Shown here: positions 35,173 to 50,100 of the stretch, in pieces
Numbering within the stretch: the stretch's first letter is position 1
Layout of the letters: each line of letters starts with the position of its first letter
Assembly: GCA_009602735.1 (NCBI GenBank)
Contig: WELA01003469.1
Coordinates: 314,162-378,161, forward strand
Length of the DNA: 64,000 nt
Reading direction: 5' to 3'
Origin: Mesotaenium endlicherianum
Lineage: Eukaryota
Program-made: the position numbers and the translations under genes
The notes under the pieces: model-generated
What the model was told of the DNA's origin: nothing
Database searches by the model: none
The model's input: only the letters and a program-made list of their open reading frames with translations

Positions 35173-37873
35173 TTAGGGAGGTGTGCCAGCCGTTCGAAGG
35201 TGGAACCGCTTCAACGCCCCTTTGGCATTGGTCAGCTGGTCTTTAAATTCCCAAGTAAATTCCAAAATCTTTACTGTAATTCTGTTAAGAGCTTTGTAAT
35301 CAACACAAACCCGCATACTTCCATCCTTTTTCTTAACAAATAGAATGGTTTGCTGTAAGGTGATTTACTGGGGGAAATATAACCATTTTCCTCCAGCTCT
35401 GCAAACTGTGTTCAATTTTTTGCTCTCCACATAAGACCAGCCATAGGTGCGTTGCCAAGATGGCTGACTCCCAGGTAATAAATCAATCTTATGATCTACT
35501 TCTCCTTTAAGGGGCAGTTCTGGAGGCATATTAAATACATCAGCATAACGAGCAACAATTTTGCAACAGTAGGGTGCTCCAAAAGGCTCACCTTTTTCTC
35601 AACCACTTCTTCAGGTTGAGGAGGTACCTCTCTTAGCAGCACATAACATTCTGTCGTCCTTCTGGTTCTAGCTTTCGATGAACTCCATTGCGTTCAGCAA
35701 TTTGCATCCTCCTGGAAGTCTTTTCTTTTCCTTCATTTTCCATCCATACAGGACAAGAGGAAGAGCACTGGTGGGTGCCAAGTTAGTCTGCCCATCACCG
35801 GCTCCTCTCACTTTAACTGTACCTTTGCTCCAACACACTTGATGTTTATTAAGCCAGATGTTTATTAAGCCAGATCCTGCCTAGCACGAGATCATAAAAG
35901 CCAGTGTTGAGTACCTCAAATGTAAGCGTTTCAGTTAGAACTGCAATGGTAGAACCTAATTAGACCTCAATAGGCTTAGTTATAACTCCTCTCGGGATAC
36001 TTGAGGCATCTCCAAGGAATATTTTTCTGTTCGCTTGGATGACTGTAGGCAGCCTTAGCCGCTCAACTAAGTCCTTCTGGATAAAAGTATGTGATGTCCG
36101 TCCGTTAACAAATGCCCTCAACTTCCTAGTTGCAATCATGCAATGCAGTAGGATAGGGGGATTGTCTTTTCCTGACTTTTGTATTGCTCACCTGACTTAG
36201 CAAAGAAATGTTGGACATCAGGTGGAACAAGACGGCCAGAGTGTGCACTCTCTGGAGGTCAATATTGCTGATGGTCTCCTTTATCTGTTTGTCAGGCATG
36301 CATAATGAATCCAGTTCAACAGGACCCATAATACCTGCTACGAGGGCAGCTAGTGACTCACTATCTCTAGCATCCTCACAGTCAGTAGACTGAATTACTG
36401 ACTGTTGCCGTCTTTTAAAAGCTGGTCCTTTTTCTTGACCTTTGGAAGGTTCTTTTCTGGACACTGCCATCTGTTGTGGCCCGATTGCTGTCAATGGAAG
36501 CAAATAGATTTCGCGGAGGCCAGTCTCGGCTTAGTCCTACCACCACCTCTTCCATAGCTACCTCGAAAGTAACCACCTGTCCCTCTAGATTGTACAGCAT
36601 TATACTCATACTCGTACTCATCACCTTGATCATCCTCAGCCTGGTCTCTTTCAATTGCATTGTAGGACCCGTGGGGCTTTTTGACAATCTTAGACACCAA
36701 AGCATTACTCTGGCGCTTGTGATTGAACTGCTGCTGATCCCAGGCATCAGTATCCTGGATCAAGTCAGCCAGTTTCTCATATTTATTTTTGAAGAAGTGA
36801 GCAGAGACTTCGGATTTCAAGCCACACCTCAAGTATGCTATCTTATATCGCTCTGGCAAGTCTGGCTGGTTCATCATGTTCTGCTATAACTTTTGAGCAA
36901 ACTCAACAACTGAAGTGGTCTGCTTCAGTGTCAAAGAGATCATTGCATAGAAAGCTTTCTTCTGCTGATTGATGACATCAAACTTCTCATGCAATTTCTC
37001 GACAAACTTTACTCAAGTAGAGTCACCGAGTTGTTGAGCCTTACGCTCTCCTTTCGAATACAGCCACCAGTTTGCTGCACTGCCTTTTAATAGAGCACCA
37101 GTGTGCTTGACCTTCTCGTAATCTTGCAGTTCTGGGTAGTTCTCCAGCCACTGCTCAACATCAGCGAGAAACTTGATCAGGTAATTCTTTTAGTTTCCCT
37201 TAGGATCATAGTCCTGGGGAGATTTCGGCTTAGGCTTACTAGGCCCTTTGCCACCACCACTAGTGGTTTGAGAACCCAGTTGGTCTCTGTCCTGCAGCAG
37301 AGACATTATGATTCTTTTGTCCTATTGTTGGGACTGATATATGCTCGCCATTTGCGATTGCATTTGCACGAACAATGCTCCTAAATCCACACTCTGAGGT
37401 GGGAGTCTAGCAAATGCAGCAGTGGCAGTGGCATCCGCTCGCTGAGTAGTGTCCTCAACAGTCCCTCTCGCTCTTGCAGCAGCAATTCTTGCCGCATTTA
37501 GCCGGTCACGAATTTGACCTAGGGGCACATTGAGTTGTACAGCAGGAGGTGGGTTCAGATCATCGGCCCTTGCTGCCATAAGTTCTTCGACAGTGCGCTC
37601 GTCCGCTGGCTGTCCTTCTCTCCGTTCTGTATCTTCAGCAGCTTTGGCTAATCGTTTGGCTTCTAGTCTAACTCTTTCCTCCTTAGCCTGCTGTGCTGCG
37701 ACTGCAGCAATAGCAGCTGCCTTATCTACAGCCTCTCTAGCTGCAGTATCTGCCACTGCCTCAAAATAGGTACGCGTTCCCGCTACATGGCTTTCAGCCT
37801 GATTTTTGACATTCTCGTTATCCTGGTTCTCCATGTCTCGGGAATTGCAAGTTTGAGACCTTGTCCTTACCAT
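35173..37873 (-). pseudogene. gag and deleted pol of element C
   Basis: Gag with stops (37873 to about 36395), protease and the start of RT, joined near 35260 to the chromodomain tail. Confidence 0.9.
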
Positions 37874-40800
37874 ACAAAGAAGACTGTAATAACGGCTCCG
37901 ATACCACTGAAATGAATGGACTTACCAAATAGGCGATTAACAATTAATGAGGATCTTCATATCAACAAGTAATCTTTATGGTGTTTTCTGTTAATTGATT
38001 AAACAGCAAAAGACAACATACTAGCAGTGGACAATACTCGCAAGTCAAATGGAAGTAAACTAGCATCAATAGTGCAATCAGTAAACTCATACATAAGCAA
38101 GGCTAAAAGACAATGCATATCAATGGCTTCTCGCCTTGGATTCAAAATTCTCTCCGTAAGCTGTACAAGAGAGTTGGCCTTGTTTCTGAATGCCAAACTT
38201 GAGAGCAATACCTAGCATATGTACACGGACTGAGTTTACTATTCAACGGCCAGTGCGATGGCACCGCCTACCCGGGAATTAACCACGTTGGTAGGACCTC
38301 GGTTAACCAAATCCACCGCCATGTCCCATCATCCCGAATCGCCATCCATCCTTAGGATGTCATCTGGCCATTCATCTACACACTTAGATGCATGTCTAGG
38401 AAGTTTGCAACAACGAGTACGGAAGTCAGCTGGCTGTCAAAGAATGTGCCAGCAAGCTGACCTAAGTTGACTTCAGCCTGCTCCTCCCGGCTGAGTCATT
38501 AAAGTGAATATTTTATAAGGTCCAGCAGACTCAATATAAACTAAAGTTCAGCAGGTTGAACTTATTTCACTATTATATTTAAATGAATATTATATCTACC
38601 AATATACTGATTCATTACACCATACATGCGAATTGTCTTCTAACCTTGCTTTCACAGATTGTATGATTGATGCTTGTTTTTTTGCATTTGACTTATGAGT
38701 ATTGTTTATCGCTAGTGTATTGTCTTTTGCTGTTAAATCAATCAACGTAAAATACCATAGAGATTGCTTGCTGATATAAAGATTTTTGTTAACTGTTAAT
38801 CGCCTAATGGTAAGTCGATTCATTTAAGTTGTATCGAAGCTCGTTATCACAGTCGTCTTGTATGGTAAGGACTATGTCCCAAGCTACCAACTCTTGTGAA
38901 ATGGAGGGTGAGGACAATGATAACATTGAGAAAGGGCACGACGAAAGCTGCGTCTTTGGACCCCGTACCTACTTGAAAACGCTGCTACTGCTATAAAACT
39001 TCTTAAGGCATGAGATCCATGTGCTGATGTGAATGTATTTAAAATGAAAATATTGCAGATTTTGCCTCTGAAGAGTGAAGGTTTGACTTATTTAATTCAT
39101 TTTTTATAATTAAAAATAAAAAAAAAGTTTCAAAAAGCTGTCAAAGCACTTCTGTGGTGTGCATAGTTTGAAGCTAGCATGACCTCTGTGCACTTCAGAA
39201 AGTGCTGCTAAGTTGAGGCAGGTACCAAAACGCTTGTTGCATCAATGTTTTTTTGCGCATCAAATGTGATGCTATTTTTCTTTGGGACCTATTATGCACC
39301 ATACTTGTCCTATGACTTTGAAACTTTGCACACCCACTTATGACCTTTATGCACACTACAGGCAGAAATCACAATTTCTCAATCACTTTCTGGTAAGAGT
39401 TATGATGCACCAAATATTGCAATTTTTTTAAAGATTTCTTTGGGTTGCATTTTTTTCGATTCTTTTTCCCCAAAAAAAATCAAGTTACCAAAAAGAAAGA
39501 TTGTGATATAAGATTTCCAAATATATGCATCACTTAAGATTTGGATTGGTATTGTGGTGGGAAAAAAATCAAGAGTAAAGGTAGTAGATGCATCAAAAAG
39601 TGTGTATTTCGGTGGGCCATCTAGTGTTAATTCACTTGTCACTTCCTGACAACCAAGTAACTTTTCAGCATTGGTTCTTTAGCCAAACAAACCGTTGCCC
39701 AACTTGACCTAGCAAGGTCAAAGTGGATTGGAGTTACAGGACGTATAAATAACTAAGCATGGCAAGCAAAGCCTCAAAGGGGTTCAAGGAAGCTCTTTTT
39801 AAGAGTTACAGAAGATCCACTTAGCTGCAGATCAACACTTGAGCATCTCGCTCTACGAGTGGAGCTTTCTCACGTCTACATTCAACACTTTCGGGTCTTA
39901 GTTTTTGCCTAGAAGATACGTACACACTCTCTTAAGCGCGCATTAGTTCACCTGCGTTGCGTTGTTGACCTGCTTCAAACGTTGACCTGCACGCGCGGTC
40001 GGCAACCTGAAATTCCTTGTCGTGACAGAAAAACAGATTATGAGCAGGCAACTATATGACCGGCGCGTGAGCAAGTAATGGACTTTTTGGAAGTACAAAA
40101 GGCCTTAACGATCGTGCATGAGATTAGGGTCCGACTCACGTCCGACTAGGTCCGACGCGGATAGACACGACATGCGGCTGTATGGAGTGGGGGGCGTGGG
40201 GGGGCGACAAGAAAAGCGTCATACAATCGATGTGAAACAAGCTGGAGACAGGTCCGAGGTGGGCACGAGGCAGTGGGTGGGACCAGGGAGGATCGGGTCA
40301 GGGCTGGTGAGGACTCTCCGCTGCATAGGGTTCTTAGCTGCGACTTTTCAAAATTATTGATCATTTTTGAAAGAGCTGCAAATCGTGGGCAAAGGTTCCC
40401 GTTCTATTAAGTTGTTTCGTAATTTTGAAGGCAAAAATGAGCTGTAAAAAGTCGAAAAGCTCAATCTCAAGGCGCAACCAAAAAAGTGTCGTATCGAACG
40501 CCCTAATTTTGGAGGGAGCTATCACCCCACGCTGCGCTGGCCCGATATAGATGCTAGCCGGCGCTGAGTCGAGTGGAAGGAAAAGAGAGCAAGGCCGTGG
40601 GCCACAAAAGGGGCAAGTGAACCAAGGCGGGCCAGCTCCGGCCTCCAGACTTTCGTCCGATGACGAGGATCCAAATACGAGATTCTCTGACCTTCACAAC
40701 AATTTGATGCTGACGATGCCGCCGGCTCTAATGCCCTAACATTTCCCTGAGTCTTGGGTGAATGGGCGTCGGGGACCCCTGTTGTGAGGGATTTGTTAGG

Positions 40801-41296
40801 GACTACATGGCATAAAAACGCCAGACTCTGACTTGCCACCACACTTCTATCCATAAGGCCTGATAACGCCCACTTCTACCAACTTCTGCGGACTTCACCT
40901 TTTTACGTGTCGCAAATCTATTGATTAAAGCACAGAAGTTGAAACATGTACGTGTACTCGAATTTGCAAGCAACCTGTCAAGCCAAGAGTGACAACAAAA
41001 ACGTGTGAGAAGAGAGGCAGCCAGCGTAGCTTGACTGTACACTTACCTGTCGCCAGATCAGCTGCCGGATTAGGTTAAGCACCGCGCTTTGAAGTGCTTG
41101 CAAGTCCAGAAATTGGTTGAATTGGACCACTCACGCTTCGAATGGTGGGCCAATTCCATCCGCGCCGAAACAGTTTGGATAGGCTTCGATGTGTACGATT
41201 TGAGGTGGCTCGCTCAAGCATGTGCTCAAAAGTCAGGGAAAACACTTGGCACAAGTTGATGATTTTTTTTCCTTCCCGACATTATTCGATTAGGAT

Positions 41297-41346
41297 GCCT
41301 CGAGCTGCCTCGAGTGGCCTCGAGTCATCTTGAGTGGCCTCCGGTG
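41297..41346. repeat. Five-unit 10-bp tandem array upstream of beta-amylase
   Basis: gcctcgagct gcctcgagtg gcctcgagtc atcttgagtg gcctccggtg. Confidence 0.8.
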
Positions 41347-41618
41347 ATGATCTTTGGCCCCGACTACTCTGCATTCAAGCGCTCGCATGCGCCTACCTTT
41401 TGACATGTTCGCCCCTCGAAAAACAGTTTTATCTTCAATGACCATCTGCAAGCTAGCCCTACTGTATGTTTTTGCAACGTGTTGAGGTCGAAGGGGGAAG
41501 TGAAGACTGCGTCAGGAAACAGCAGAGTCTCTCATGCACATCTATTACTTAGAAGTTCGCCTTGGAAGGAGTGTAGGGTGAAGTGCTTCATAGCGGGCAC
41601 GGGGATCAATTAGGTAGC

Positions 41619-44722
<3,104 letters not shown>

Positions 44723-47196
44723 TATAGGTCCAAGTTAAAATTGGAGTTCTGTTATTAGGTGTTTAAGAGGCTCTCCATCTTCACCCTCATCTTGTAAGTA
44801 TGCTGGTGGAGTTGGGAGCAAACTGGTCAGAGCTGTGGGGGTCTGTGACTTGATCACACTCCTATTGGCAGCAATTTTGGTGCAGGCTTAAAAGATAAAA
44901 GGTGTCGAGTGATAGTGCTAAGTCACGAAGGCCCTCAGGACGTGCTTAAGAGTGCTCAAGTCAGGCCTGCATAGCCTCTCATGAGGAAGGTGGTATTATT
45001 TCTTGAGTTTCTTTCAATAGTCCTGGTATTTTTACTGAGGTTGAGAGAGGATCTTTTGCGTCTGGAGGACATACAGATATATACATTGTAGCATATACGA
45101 TCTGGCCCGGCTCCTGTAGATAATTTTGGCTGAACAGCTACTTGTAGATAAAGCACTTGGGCACCATCGTAGTGATATATTCTTTGCCTTTATATTGGCA
45201 GAAACTGTAAGCAGTTTGTGTTCACGTATGGCGAAAGTGTAATTGTAATTGTTCAGATTTGAAGGTGTAATTGTATTGTTATGATGTTATGACGTTGAAG
45301 TGGGCAAGCTGTTATTAACTAATCAAGCAATTGCATGTCACAGTACTCACTTGTCGGAGCAATTGGGGAAGAACAATGTCGAGGATGGTGGCGGTGGGCC
45401 GTGGCGGCTTACAGACGCCCTAGTAATGATGGATGTCTAGACTCCTACACCCGCGACTATGTGTACCTGTATCACATCTATGTCGTCAACATAGAAAACT
45501 TTATGGACTGGTGATTCCGTTGAATCTACATGATACAGAAATGATCATCCATTGTGATTGCAGGTTTTCACCTTGCCAACAATGCAAGCTCACCAAGGAC
45601 ATTCAGAGCAGACACATACAGCAATTAGACGAGGATGACGAACTCAATGTTGGAGACCTAAGGTGGGAGATATGTTTGAAGCCAAGGACCTTCAAGTTGT
45701 TCATATGCATCTTCTTCATATGTTGTAAACTAACTTTTGCACTCATTTCTCTGTCCTTGAAGCAGCCCGCTTCGTGATGTCCATAAAAGATTATCCAGTT
45801 TATTTTCGGTAATTTACAACCTCTTACATCATTTCGTGAGCACTGCATGTCCCGGCCCATGTGCAACTACGTCTTACAAGAATTCCTCGAGGCGTGAACT
45901 TTTATGTGCTTCGCCGTGCTAAAGCTGTAGCCGGAAGACTTAGGAGCACTCATGCCGGTGACCAGCCAAGCTCCTTCTTCAAACGAACTTCTTATAGTGG
46001 TATTCCATTCATGTGCGCCTTCATCTGATGCAGCACCAACGTAATATACTTTTTATTTCCATAAGGGCAACTTTTGTTTTTCCTTGTGCATCCTTCCCCT
46101 TGTCTTAGTATTCGTCTGGAATTAGACACCATTGAAAGCTCTGAGAATCAGATGACAATCAAAATATTTTTTCACACGTGTCACTTAGCTTACTCGACTC
46201 CGTTTCGAATATTCAACAGACTGGTTACCCTAGTGGTAGTACATTGAGAATTAAGCTCCGCGCAAAAATACGACGATGAGCAACGATGAGCAGTAGACCT
46301 CGATAACGAGGGGAGAAACTGGAATCTCCATCTCATGAACTTATAGAACGACAATTGCCTACAAGCGAATATTGTTGGACATCATACAGTCGATCTAACC
46401 TACGAAGAGCGAACAGAAACGATACCTTAGTTCTTAACAAGGGTATGAACGGCTCAAGCCTCCAGCACTGCCGCGACTAGTGGTGCTGGAAGAGTTGATC
46501 GTCTACATCCAAACACTTCATCTTATACTCAATCTGGGAAAAACTGAACATGTCGTCACTCACTCAGAGCCAGCTCCTTGGGTCACTGTCATCAGTGGCG
46601 AGTGGTGAAGCCCCTTTCCAGCAGAAATGTTCTTCTTCGGAGGTCGCCACGTCCCGAACGCTGACAATGAGGAACAAACCAGCGCGCAAATGCATAGTAA
46701 TGTGCAAGTGCGTGCATATACCCCTTGCCCTGCTCATCTGCCATGCGTTGGCTTCTTCCTTGGCAATGCCGGCTTGAGCATTAGACGTAGTTCGCATTCT
46801 GTTCATAATAACACAGTCTGGTTGGAATATTATGCTCCTCCAATTACTGTCTGCATCAAGAAGCAAAATAGTCAATATGGGTACCTTGGGAGCCGGTCAA
46901 CCTCAACCACCAGAGTCTTCAGCTGGTTAATATAAAATACAGTGTTTAGCTGTAGGACATTGGCGGGGGACGGGGTACTGTACTTGAAGTCGCACAAAGC
47001 AGGGTGTACGCAAAAGTTGCTGAGTGTCGCCAGAAAGCAACAGACTGGTACTACTGATCCATACTGATACTTGCTGGAGCAGCATCTGCAATGGCGGCAC
47101 GTAATCAAAGTCTGCGAGGAGCGTCCACCTGTCGCGTCCTTGGGAGTCACAACACTCTTGCGCTGTCGTGGTAACTGCGTGCTAGAAATCTCGTTG

Positions 47197-50100
47197 ATGT
47201 CCTGTTGTCAGCCTGGCCTCCCTGTGCGAACGTCGCCAGCTGGCCAGCTGAGGGTGCTTACAGCTGGCACATTCCCCCGTGCATTGTCGTCTTGCAGCGG
47301 TCCAAGCCAGGGCTGGTTTGACTTCAACACAGCTGGCGAGGGGTCCAAGAAGAGCGGGACAATGACGCTGGGGGACTTTGCAGTTCTGGCGAGGCTGCGC
47401 GAGCTCGGCTTCGGGGACCTCAAGGGGAAGCCCCGCGAGATTCACTTCAGCGGCTGCATCAACGAGTCCTATGCCTTCCATGGCACCGGAGGCAACTTCT
47501 TTGTGAAGATCAACCGGTGAGTTGTCCTAACCCTTGCACGCATGCGCACGCCCCTTGCATGCGTGTGCAGGCGTGTGCATGTGTGTGGTTTGGTCTGGGA
47601 CGGACCCAGGAAAGGGAAAGAGAGAGAGAGGGAGAGCGAGGCAGGCAGGGAGGGAGGGAGGGAGGGAGGGAGGGAGTCCTCTGCCTGGCCATATGCCTCA
47701 GCATGTCCTCCCAGTGGCCTCAGCCTCTGGGCCAGGCGAGGCGCGGCCGTAGTGCAGCACGCGAGGAACCGTGCCGCAGTGTCGCTGGTGCCGATATGCG
47801 ACTCTGTGACACCTCTGCTTCCAGGAGGCTACATCTGTGCCAAGGCAAGGGATGGCTGGGTGTGGCACGCGTCGCGCGGTTAGTGACTGAGACTGCCTGC
47901 CTGCCTGCCTGCCTGTCTGTGTGCGCGGGTGTGGGCATGCATGGGCATGCATGCACGTATGCATGTGTACATGTGTCTGTGCACCCCCCCCCTCCTGGCT
48001 GCAGCCACTCGGCCTTGTTAGCATGTGTGACCAGAGCCTGTCACTCGCTGAGCTCCGCCTCCCTCCCTCACCTCCTCTCTCTGGGATGCCTTGATAGCCG
48101 CGCAGCCGAGTCGAGGTGGGGATGGAGAAGGGGGTAGGCTTATGGGGCCCAGGGGCGCCGTGCTTTTCCGAGGAGGTGCACCTCCCGAGTGTGTGCTCTC
48201 CTCAGCGGACCTGGCGCTCTATCTGCGCTTTACAGCCCGCGTGCTCCTCGCACTGACAGCATTTCCTTCTGTGCTGCACGGGGCCAAGCTCTCCCACTTC
48301 GCTTCTCAGACCTGGCCCAGATAGCCCGCATCTCGCCACCATTCAGGGAGCTTCTCAGCCTTGCTCCCCCGCCCCTGGTATGGCGTGCGAGCTCGATAGC
48401 CACTCTCTTGTGCCCGCCGGTGCCAATGGGGGGTGGTGGGGATGGGAGTGACCCTGGGATGGCATGCCCGCACACACATGGGGAGAGGAGGGGGGGCTGT
48501 GTGGATGCAGATGTGCTGGTTCTGCAGCTCGTGGCATACCATGTGTAGTGTGCTTATTTGCTGCTCCAGGCAGAATACCCCTCCCCCCCTCCCCCTTGAG
48601 CCCCCCCGCTCCTTGGCCCCTGGCCCTTCCCGTACCCGCAGTGTACCACCTCCTTGTGTGGCGGGCGTGGCGTCGCGCGGCCTGACATGCTGGGTGTGTT
48701 GGGTTGCCGCTGGTGCTGGAGGGGGGAGCAGGAGCTTCAGTGCGGAGGAGATGTTTGAGGGCGAGGCTCAAGCGTAGGTCCGCTCCTCCCTCCGCTCCCG
48801 TCCCCGTCCCTGTCCCCGTCGCCGCCTAGCTGCACAGCCCCTTCTCAGCCCCCTCAGCCCCGTGAGAGCTCATCCCCGTCATCATCATGCATGCGTGCGT
48901 GCATGCATGCGCACACGCACGCTTGCTGTCACCCGCCCCCGCTTACTTACGCAGTCAATCGCCGGGCAAGCTCGTCCCTTGTCTGGCTGGCATCTCGGGC
49001 CGCGCCTCCCTCTCTTCCGCCTCCGTGCCCTCTTGGCCTGCGCGCACCCGGGGCCAGGCTGCAGCGAGAGCGTACGGAGTGCCAAATTTGACACTCTCCT
49101 GTTGGCATTTGGCATGGGCACTGACACACACATCGGGCGTTGCACGCTGCTGCAAGTGTAACGGGCGTTGATGGAGGACGGAGGGAAGTGGGGGGGGGGC
49201 AGGTTGCAGCGCATAGGGGCCTCGGGGGCAATCCGGGTGCCGCAGCCGCTGGCGTGGGGCAACCTGCACGAGGGCGGCTCCTACATCANTTGCTACGCTC
49301 GCTTCCCGGACAACTTTACATGGTGCTGGTGCTGCTGCGCATGCGCGTGGGGGGGAAGGGCGGGGTGGGGGTGTGCCCCTGAGGAGGCTACATGGCAGGC
49401 ATTCGCTGCGCCCCTGCGCCCCCCCCCCTTCTGGCGAGCCCTGCCTGCTGAGAAGTCGTGAGAGGGGGGGGCTCCTGGCTCTCCAGGCAGGGGGCTTCTG
49501 TAACCCTCCAGTGGCTCATGACACGAAATTGGCTTGCTCAGACAGCCCCTCCCCCCCCCGCCCTTCCTCCGCCCCCCCGGGTACCGGTCCAGGAGGCTCC
49601 TTCAGTACATACCCGCAGAGGAGGAGTCTAGTGCGTTCTCACTCCCTCTCGTCCATGGGAGGAGGGAGGGCGTGTGTTTGCATGCCTCCTCCTCCTTCGC
49701 CGCGGCCGCGGCCGCGGCTGCCTCCCTCCCGGTATTTCCTCGGCCATTCAGTGGCGGGTGGGAGCCATCTGAGACAGGCATGTGGCGGTCTTGTGCTGTT
49801 TGGACAGATGCAAGCCAGCTCGCAGGAGTGCCTGGGCCGGGACCTGGCGCGCCTCCACCTGGCGCCCACTGGCGGACACACCTTTGGGTTCTCGCATAAG
49901 ACCAGGTGCATGCCTGGAGGGAGGGAGCGTGGGAGGTCAAACCGCTATAGCTGTGGCTCTTGTCTGGCGTTTCCAATATCTTCAGAAATTGGCATATTCG
50001 CGATGGAACTTGCGTGTTGATGGACATTTTGTCGATGTGCGCTTGCTTCTGAACAGCTCTGACGCGCATGAGTTCACACATGCATACACGTGCAAATGTG

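Larger units (their letters stand above)
32254..38619 (-). mobile_element. Element C, internally deleted copy of the element B family
   Basis: LTRs 32254-32971 and 37908-38619. TSD CCATG 32249-32253 / CCATA 38620-38624. PBS 37895-37906. Confidence 0.93.
31753..38995 (+). mobile_element. Truncated element D (same family as B, opposite orientation): 5' LTR split by element C, PBS and gag stub
   Basis: LTR halves 31753-32253 and 38625-38827 match the reverse complement of the B LTR. Decayed PBS ttgtatcgaagc 38829-38840. Gag start MVRTMSQATNS at 38862, lost by about 38995. Confidence 0.85.

Noticed and set aside
12512..39626. CACTAG at 12512 and CTAGTG at 39621-39626 as terminal inverted repeats
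   Set aside because: Only 6 bp match and the flanks give no convincing TSD; termini left unresolved
31655..39700. RAG2-like partner gene downstream of the transposase
   Set aside because: The region is LTR elements and AT-rich non-coding DNA; no kelch or PHD-like ORF is visible
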